Shown piece after piece: positions 58,201 through 64,000 of a DNA stretch of 64,000 bases. Source of the DNA: a virus (Duplodnaviria; Caudoviricetes); the IMG/VR virus record IMGVR_UViG_3300044954_000337, positions 1,179-65,178 of that record. The stretch is one strand, 5' to 3'. Position numbers and translations under genes: made by a program. Each line of letters begins with the position of its first letter. Position 1 is the stretch's first letter. Under the pieces are notes generated by a model that saw only the letters and a program-made list of their open reading frames with translations, made no database searches and was not told where the DNA came from.

Positions 58201-58363
58201 TGAAAACCTGCTGGGTTTGATAGGCAATATAATCTCCCAGACGCTTACGTTCCTTCGGAACAAGGTCATCCACGCCCCACTCCGGCAATCCGTTGTTTGA
58301 CTTGGTGGTATCTGGTAAAGGTCTCGGTGGAACCTTTGGGTCGGAATCTGACAGGTCTGCCAT
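55232..58363 (-). CDS. putative baseplate/tube-initiator protein
   Basis: PFYFHDLRTNEIISFHAFL..ISD.Y...GYGR...Y.NT.RSISLGF...KINKL..L.YPQY...PLIRLRLGD; follows the TMP. Confidence 0.65.
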   Translation of the reverse strand: MADLSDSDPKVPPRPLPDTTKSNNGLPEWGVDDLVPKERKRLGDYIAYQTQQVFKNEYPIKEGSELFKLKTETGNPAPINDQDRNAVNTYMNDVAQTDSGQVARSIFETLSDSGLLDTDTKFEIKKGKSDDDKKTGNEYFRDIDQNKGEAEIPQRIQTIMFQNNRFSEANPAFVPGQEEGRGNSIGSLIVQPKLGQHMPGKFPKKADGDGGDYVSIPIDKLKNFGLTTLLQASGEINVPTDLDDPVLAMGASVLAGNPGLARLGQRFPVTRFDGVKILNDLEPTLAKPLRDSQLKGNPILTHGNANNPLVPFSGLIAISSVASAQVLALTVTGMLRALYTTLNAITEERSLVNGVATNPGSGGSISSGRRLRLGNYLGKRDETAIYRPYKNSSAIDLVVTKYPYFECVNKGIAVFFGARTLPQISSVNDENLQLSSGWYNTVFRNLVKNTNDLLIDLLPGTPPVVRGAYDVDPNLAGGTSGLGFDSNPSAVNYIKSINGSVILKFMNIMALMGESAFLSEKNATSRIDDINDVGEGPFGEVSPRLGVLHAKNRLSDQFGNKLAWASNTVKSMYLLPSVIKLAGERFDGDTGRYSTLTPNRGFRNSDTGRLSSEEVQSMENYLEADYLPFYFHDLRTNEIISFHAFLDNISDNYTVDYTENEGYGRVGKVLTYKNTNRSISLGFSVVATGPDDFDDMWVKINKLITLLYPQYTQGRSLIFGNDSFTQPFSQLPAASPLIRLRLGDIFKSNYNRFDLARLFGLASPEFSLETEADRELATQTAERRERFLEATTEISERARAARWEEGDKLKLSPNGEDILPYYSVLSTSEDDGLRVATEANVIILGPSANQEEPPSLFDFRIEEPSVASVISGDPSGTFKANAAWLTMPPEEIVRQAENRAGEEPTLNEAADRDGERQAIQDFFKPDGEDANPIFKSFESVRGRGLAGFIRSLNMEVDQSFTWETSGINNRAPKLIKVSMQFDPIHDIQPGLDHNGFNTAPIYNVGGTMKQITRNSQAEVNSRETDYKTNTQITTNRTSRRERA

Positions 58364-58372
58364 AAGCTATAA

Positions 58373-58540
58373 CTATTTCTTTAGGCTATTCCTGAGAGGA
58401 ACAAGAATATTTTCCTCAAAATGCCTCAGAAGTTCCTCAGAGGCTTTTTCCGCGAGTCTTCTTTCCTCGTCTGACATTTTTTCGAGTGTTTTTTTGAACT
58501 CCGGGGTTTCCTTAAGTTCTTCAAAAAGTTTTGTTGTCAT
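58373..58540 (-). CDS. small hypothetical protein (55 aa, below ORF-track cutoff)
   Basis: MTTKLFEELKETPEFKKTLEKMSDEERRLAEK...; GAGGAGG upstream; fills the gap after the TMP. Confidence 0.6.
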   Translation of the reverse strand: MTTKLFEELKETPEFKKTLEKMSDEERRLAEKASEELLRHFEENILVPLRNSLKK

Positions 58541-58546
58541 AGGCGG

Positions 58547-61500
58547 TTATGTTCCTCCTCTTCCACCGGTTGCCATTATTCTAGAGTTGGGTCTTTCTAC
58601 AAGAACTCTTTCAAGTTCCTGGGCATCTATGTGAACTTCTACGTTTACTTCAATATTGAAATCTCTATTTCTAATAGTTAATTCCTCACTGTCTCCAAGA
58701 CCCAACCTTCCAGCAAGAGCTTTTAGACTAGTGTTTAGATTAATCGGCTCGATGGATCCAAGATCGGTGGCAATAGAATTAACTCTTTCAACCATAGCTC
58801 TTATATTGTCGCCGACATGTAAAAATGCTCCACTTTCGAGAGCCTTAAGATTTTCACTTATTTGGGCTTCAATGTCAGTAAATGACACTGAGGAAATTTC
58901 ATTCAAAGAACCCAGGCTTTTGGAAAGTTCTTCTAGTTTCTCTGCCGGGTTTCCGGTTATCTCAGGAATACCATTAAATGCCGTAGCCATTCGCCTGAAC
59001 AACTCAGGCAGACCAGGATTGCCAGGCTCATCTGTTTCATAAAACAGACTTATCATTGTTCCAAGTCTTTGTCGAATTCTGGTATAGTCACCACCCGTGT
59101 CCTCGCTAACCAGGGAATAAAGACTCTGAAGGGCACCTGGAAGAGTAGAGATAGCCTCGATCATGCTCTTAAATGTCTCAACTCCCGTTTTCAAAGAGGA
59201 TGCCTCTGCTCTTGTCATTCCACCAAAAACTTCCCTGATGCTTCCAAGAAGACTTGCGGAAAGGTCTGCAATCCCAGTCAGCATATTTTCTATGATGGCA
59301 TTTATTGTGCCAAGTGCTGTGCCTCTAGCCTCTGCCGGAAGACTTGAGGCGAGAGAGGAAACTTCTCCTATGGTTATTCCGATTCCCGAGATTGCCTCAA
59401 AGGCTTTTGTAAGAACAGGCGCTACGGTAGTAAGTCTATTAGCGTCCGTCTCGGAAATATCTCCTAGAGAGTTTATAAGTTCGGTCATTAAGCCGCTTAT
59501 CGAACCAATAAGTCCTCCACCTCCGCCCTCAAAAATACCGGCGATCATTGTGCCGATGGCATCGGATACCTCGGCAATACGTGCCGTGAAATCTCCGCCA
59601 GTCAGGTGAGAGAAATTACTGGTAATAACAGTAATCATGTTTCTGCCAAGAGTTCCAAGAGTTCCGAGAGTCTCTGTGATTACCCCAAGACCCTTAAATG
59701 ACTCCTCGGAACCATCTAAGCTAGAAAGAGGACCAGTTAATACCCCGGCTACATCCCTAAGAAGATTTCCAAGAGAAATACCCATGTTCTCTATGAAGAT
59801 GCTGTAGTTGGATAGATTTTCAGCGACGTTAGAACCAATGATGGAGGACAGGATACCTCCGCCGGCAGACAAAACCTCAGATGGACCTTGAAGGGCGGTC
59901 ATAAGGTTGCCGAGAGTTTCCATTATAGTTCCAAAAATTTCTGCTCTCTGGATCGCTTCTGGCGTGGCCTCAAGACTAGTAACTTGTTCAAGAATATTTC
60001 TCACAAGAACAATCATGTGGGTTCCCATGTTCTGGATGAAATTATTAAGTTCCCTGAGAACAGAAATCTGATCTTCTGCATTTCCCCCGGTTATCCACCC
60101 AGCCAAGGATCCAAAAGAGGTAGACTCAGAAATTCTGGCTACGATGTCTCCAAAGGAAGTAATGGCTGTTAGGGCCTCAGAGAAAATATCAAACTTTCTG
60201 TCAAAGTCCCCTGGAATAATAAGAGAGGAAACTTCATTTATGATTTCTCTAACGTTTTCAACCATTCCCTTGGTTGTCTCATTTATAGCGGCAAGACCAG
60301 CTACAACACCAACCAGGCCAACTCCTGTGAGCAAAAATGCTCCCACGCCTGCGGCAGCCAACAGAACTCCGGCAGCAAGGGCAAAGAATGCCCCACCAGC
60401 AGCCATGGCTATGGATGCCTTGACAAGTTGCTCTGGGGAGAATTCGCTAAGGGCCCCAATGATCATAGGAAGACCGATTCCCATTGCTCCGGCAATTAAT
60501 CCAAGACCTACCATGCCAGCAATAAAGCCGGGTCCAGTAGCGGCGATGGTGGCACCGGCAGCAGATATAATTCCAACAGCCGCAGCCAGTTCAATCATTA
60601 CCAAGCCTGCAACACCCATCACACCAGCAGCAACTAGCATTTGCTCGGTAGAAATATTGTTTTCCTTCATGGCTGTCGCAATAGCCCAAATTCCAAGAAC
60701 TATTGCTACCATACCAATAGCCATCACGCCGGCAACCATTGCCATTCTTGCGTTCGATGCCGGGTTTACTGGAGCCGCATTTGCAGCAGCAGCAGCAGCC
60801 CCAGTTTCGGTTATGGCGGCGGCAGAAGCGCCGCCAGCCCCTTTAGAAAACACAGAGCTTATTCCTTTTGACAAAGCACCTCTTATAGAGTCGTTAGAGG
60901 CGAACTCCGATATACCAGTAGTTGCTCCCTGGGTTAATCCTTTTGTAAGAGCCCCAGCAAAGGCACCACCGATACCTCCTGCAATTGACCTTAGGAGCGT
61001 TGGGCCAAACAAAACTCCCGCAATAACGAGAGCATTATCATAAAGGAAGTCCCTTATTCTTGGCCAAACTTCTTCTGTCCAAAGATTCTTAAGAGCTTCA
61101 AAAAGTGGAGGCCAGGCTTCCTTTATTGCTTCCACAATTGGTTCAAACAATTCCATTATGAAGGCAAAGGCACCGCCCGCAGCGGCTCCGCCACCGAGTT
61201 CTCTTCTTCCAGAAATAACATCGGTTATGAATCTTATGCCCTGTGTTAATCCATTACCTATTTCTCGTATCAAGCCGGCGGCTATAACTGCTGCAGCCTT
61301 GGAGAATTTTCTTACCCCGTCCAATATATTTCTTCCTGCTGGACTGGAGGCGTTGAAGTAATTCCAGAACATTGTCTTCAGGCGTTCCATCAGGTTTTTG
61401 AAGGAATCTCTGCCGGAGGTGCTTGTGAGAGATGTAAAGAATTCCCTAAAGATATTTCTTAGGTTTCTTGTCATTTCCCTGAATCTTGATCTGTCGAACA

Positions 61501-63127
61501 ATCCAGAAAGACCCTTGAACAATTGCCTTATGCCCGGGAACAAGTCAACAAACATTTGACCCACCCGTATGCCAGCGAGATAGGTTTCTCGTAAGGCTTG
61601 TCGGATATTTACCATTATTTCTCGGAATTCCCTACTTCGTAGTATTCCTCGTTCAAATCCCTGGAAGAATCGTTCAAAGAACCCACCTCCACCAAGGCTT
61701 CCAGACTTCACCAGGCGCTCAATTGCTCCTGCGACCTTCTGCAAGGCTTCTGCCTGAGTAAGTTGCGATTTCCTTGCAGCCTCAGATTTCTTTTTAACGG
61801 TATCATAACTCAAGCCTTGGTTTTTGGCAGAAAACACCAAGTCAAGCGCACTATCCTCAAGTCCGGTTTGCTGTGCAAGTAAAGCACGTTCCTGACGGGT
61901 CATATTTTCGATAGACCTACCAGCCGTAAAGAATGCCTTTCGTATCATTTCTGTTCGTTCTGCCGGGTCCTCTGCCTTAAGAAGCTGAAGGGCGTCAAGC
62001 TGAAGTCCAAATGCCTGAGTAAGTTGTGCAGAGCTTCTTGCGGCATCTTCAAAGTTGTCGAACTGATCAATAACTCCAAGGAGACCTTTTACGTCCACTC
62101 CAAGCCTTCTAGCATAAACAGAAATATTTGCAAGAATTTCAGGAGCAAGGGTTCCGAAATTTCGGAAATCCGCCATCATGTCACCCATGTCCTGAGATAT
62201 TTGTGCCGCCGATATTCCAAATTCATCTCCAAGCTGTACGGAGTAATTGGCTATTTCCCTCGTAAGCTCTCGCATACTTGTACCGGTCGCATAAGCTCGT
62301 GTGGCTACCGCCTTCTGTCCTTCCTCTGTGAGGTGCAAGCCTTTTATGAAGGCGGCAAGAACCTCTCCGTGGGCAGCAAATTCTCGCATTACTCCCTGGA
62401 AGACGTTGCCCATGTTTTTGGCGTACTCAGCTATTGTTTTAAGTCGATCTGCGAGATTTCCAAAGGTTCTCCACACACTTAATCCCGTGTTTGCAAGTTC
62501 GCCTTTCATGCTCCTGGAAATGTCAATAATTGCCTTTGCCGAAGTTTTTCTTAGGTCGCCAAATTCCTTACGAATGTCCTCAAGGGCTTGCCTTAGTCCG
62601 CTGTCACCTCCTCCCTGGGATGCAAAATCTGTCAAAATATTCAAAATTCTAAACGGAAAAGTAAAGACGGCTACGGCTAGTTGCCCAAGTCCCTCTAGGG
62701 CATCCAAAATACTACTAGAAAATAATCTCAAGGAATTTACGGTACCGGTTATACCTGCGGTGAACCCAGACCAGATTCCAGCAAAGGCGGTAAATCCTGG
62801 CATGGTTTTGACTGCCTTTTTGAGAGAGGTAGTAAGACCTTCTCCTTCTTTATGAGCTTTTTTAAGAGATTCTGCGAACCTAGCCGCAGTCCCCTTAGAG
62901 CCTATTTTTTCCGCATTCTCCGCAGCTTCCCCTAGGGCTTCCTGCATTTTTTGTGCATTTTCGGTAGTTCCGGCGGAGTTTGTTATAATTTGGCCTAGGG
63001 CATCTGCAAGCTGCTTTGTAAGGTCCAATTGAGACTTAAGTGACTTAGTTTGTACGTCAACTAGGTCATTAAGTTCCTCTTGGAGCTTTTTTAGCTGTTT
63101 TGCTATTTCAAGATTATCTATAGCCAC
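58547..63127 (-). CDS. tail tape measure protein
   Basis: 1526 aa, helical A/G/L-rich, central hydrophobic TM-like cluster, upstream of baseplate genes. Confidence 0.8.
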   Translation of the reverse strand: MAIDNLEIAKQLKKLQEELNDLVDVQTKSLKSQLDLTKQLADALGQIITNSAGTTENAQKMQEALGEAAENAEKIGSKGTAARFAESLKKAHKEGEGLTTSLKKAVKTMPGFTAFAGIWSGFTAGITGTVNSLRLFSSSILDALEGLGQLAVAVFTFPFRILNILTDFASQGGGDSGLRQALEDIRKEFGDLRKTSAKAIIDISRSMKGELANTGLSVWRTFGNLADRLKTIAEYAKNMGNVFQGVMREFAAHGEVLAAFIKGLHLTEEGQKAVATRAYATGTSMRELTREIANYSVQLGDEFGISAAQISQDMGDMMADFRNFGTLAPEILANISVYARRLGVDVKGLLGVIDQFDNFEDAARSSAQLTQAFGLQLDALQLLKAEDPAERTEMIRKAFFTAGRSIENMTRQERALLAQQTGLEDSALDLVFSAKNQGLSYDTVKKKSEAARKSQLTQAEALQKVAGAIERLVKSGSLGGGGFFERFFQGFERGILRSREFREIMVNIRQALRETYLAGIRVGQMFVDLFPGIRQLFKGLSGLFDRSRFREMTRNLRNIFREFFTSLTSTSGRDSFKNLMERLKTMFWNYFNASSPAGRNILDGVRKFSKAAAVIAAGLIREIGNGLTQGIRFITDVISGRRELGGGAAAGGAFAFIMELFEPIVEAIKEAWPPLFEALKNLWTEEVWPRIRDFLYDNALVIAGVLFGPTLLRSIAGGIGGAFAGALTKGLTQGATTGISEFASNDSIRGALSKGISSVFSKGAGGASAAAITETGAAAAAANAAPVNPASNARMAMVAGVMAIGMVAIVLGIWAIATAMKENNISTEQMLVAAGVMGVAGLVMIELAAAVGIISAAGATIAATGPGFIAGMVGLGLIAGAMGIGLPMIIGALSEFSPEQLVKASIAMAAGGAFFALAAGVLLAAAGVGAFLLTGVGLVGVVAGLAAINETTKGMVENVREIINEVSSLIIPGDFDRKFDIFSEALTAITSFGDIVARISESTSFGSLAGWITGGNAEDQISVLRELNNFIQNMGTHMIVLVRNILEQVTSLEATPEAIQRAEIFGTIMETLGNLMTALQGPSEVLSAGGGILSSIIGSNVAENLSNYSIFIENMGISLGNLLRDVAGVLTGPLSSLDGSEESFKGLGVITETLGTLGTLGRNMITVITSNFSHLTGGDFTARIAEVSDAIGTMIAGIFEGGGGGLIGSISGLMTELINSLGDISETDANRLTTVAPVLTKAFEAISGIGITIGEVSSLASSLPAEARGTALGTINAIIENMLTGIADLSASLLGSIREVFGGMTRAEASSLKTGVETFKSMIEAISTLPGALQSLYSLVSEDTGGDYTRIRQRLGTMISLFYETDEPGNPGLPELFRRMATAFNGIPEITGNPAEKLEELSKSLGSLNEISSVSFTDIEAQISENLKALESGAFLHVGDNIRAMVERVNSIATDLGSIEPINLNTSLKALAGRLGLGDSEELTIRNRDFNIEVNVEVHIDAQELERVLVERPNSRIMATGGRGGT

Positions 63128-63159
63128 GGAATGCTCTGTCTTTAATCTTTACCACGTCA

Positions 63160-63169
63160 TAATTACTTA
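63160..63169. promoter_or_regulatory. overlapping divergent TAnTTA motifs
   Basis: TAATTA (63160-63165) and TACTTA (63164-63169) between the divergent TMP and 63189 genes. Confidence 0.55.
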
Positions 63170-63188
63170 GCAGTCGGAGTTTAGATAC

Positions 63189-63551
63189 ATGTCTGATAAA
63201 AATCTACAAAATCGTCCAAAGGCAGTTGACCCAAAAATAATAAAACTTAGAGAAGCCTACGACAAAAAGTTAAATGAGGGCTATTATAATCTTTCTACCA
63301 CCGGAAAGATATTTTTTGCTGCAGTGGCAGCCTACCTTACCGGGAAGATAGCCTCTGGAGCATTTTTAAAGCTCCGTGGTAAGCCTGAGGAGCTTCGGGC
63401 AGTGGCAGATGCCATCGTAGCCTCCAAGGCATTCCAGGACGAGCTTAGGAAGCCTGGTGCTACGATTGACAGCGTAATAGAAAAAATGAACCTAAAAAAT
63501 ATGACAACTGCTAGGTTCGAAAGAATTTCGGGCCAAAAATGGCCATTATGA
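63189..63551 (+). CDS. hypothetical protein
   Basis: 120-aa ORF with KLREAYDKKLNEG. Confidence 0.7.
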   Translation: MSDKNLQNRPKAVDPKIIKLREAYDKKLNEGYYNLSTTGKIFFAAVAAYLTGKIASGAFLKLRGKPEELRAVADAIVASKAFQDELRKPGATIDSVIEKMNLKNMTTARFERISGQKWPL

Positions 63552-63581
63552 CAGAAACATACGAAAATTCCATAGATAAAA

Positions 63582-64000
63582 ATGCCAATAACTCATCAAA
63601 TAGTTACGCAATCCTCTGATACTGGTTACTACACTGGAAATCCATATCATTTCTATATGGACATAGGCCAGGAACCCGGTGGTACAGGTGCCACTGTCCA
63701 CCAACAAGCTCAGGGAGCGATGTGGTTTGCAAAGTCGATACTAAAAACAGCAGGCTGGCAAGTTGCTGCCTGGGGTTCTGGGTCTAGTACCGGAACTTAT
63801 TCTGATCCATTTTCAAGCTCTCTCAGCATGACCTCGGATCATGGGTGGTTTATTCTAAAACATCCTATTTCTAGCAGAAGCTTTGCTATTCAAAAAGCTG
63901 GACCTCCCTCGCAGTCAAATGAAGGCACTGTAACAAACTACCACAACAGATTTGCCAGAATAAAATACAGTCCAGCAGGATTTTCCCTAACCGGAACTCT
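63582..64000 (+). CDS. putative virion protein (truncated by window edge)
   Basis: Open frame read manually: MPITHQIVTQSSDTGYYTGNP...LKTAGWQV...GWFILKHP. Confidence 0.6.
   Translation, partial: MPITHQIVTQSSDTGYYTGNPYHFYMDIGQEPGGTGATVHQQAQGAMWFAKSILKTAGWQVAAWGSGSSTGTYSDPFSSSLSMTSDHGWFILKHPISSRSFAIQKAGPPSQSNEGTVTNYHNRFARIKYSPAGFSLTGT

Noticed and set aside
58656-62855. Several long plus-strand ORFs (e.g. 60144-61043)
   Set aside because: Antisense to the Ala/Gly-rich tape measure gene, explained by codon bias.
1-64000. Stop-codon reassignment
   Set aside because: Conserved genes are full length in the standard code, and TAA, TAG and TGA all end genes.
1-64000. tRNA genes, rRNA or CRISPR array
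   Set aside because: Intergenic gaps are short, and no cloverleaf or regularly spaced direct repeats were seen by eye.

Overview
This window is a gene-dense 64-kb segment of a large (jumbo-type) tailed dsDNA bacteriophage using the standard genetic code, with most genes on the minus strand. Replication and nucleotide genes: family C DnaE-type polymerase, a stand-alone family A polymerase domain, separate 5'-3' and 3'-5' exonucleases, DnaB-like helicase, gp32-like SSB, RecA, SWIM-fused ATP-dependent ligase, class II RNR, ThyX and dUTPase. Virion genes: a tail module (tape measure, baseplate-like proteins) and a plus-strand block of putative virion proteins. There is a candidate lysis cassette and a free-standing GIY-YIG endonuclease. 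Accessory enzymes include an SOD-like protein, a 2H phosphoesterase, three nucleotidyltransferases, two tandem kinase-like proteins, an HAD nucleotidase, patatin, ClpP, a trypsin-like protease and an M14 peptidase. Two cross-cutting patterns are the most interesting. (1) A shared acidic amphipathic leader (approximately L-[KR]-x-[LFY]-[IV]-E-x-L-V-E...E) is grafted onto otherwise unrelated enzymes and may be a capsid-targeting/cleavage signal. (2) A TAnTTA hexamer lies just upstream of many of the same genes, often inside a hairpin that pairs with the start region; it is a candidate late promoter with translational gating, distinct from the sigma70-like, often leaderless promoters in front of putative early genes. 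No tRNA, rRNA or CRISPR array was seen. All functional calls come from motif recognition by eye, not database searches.
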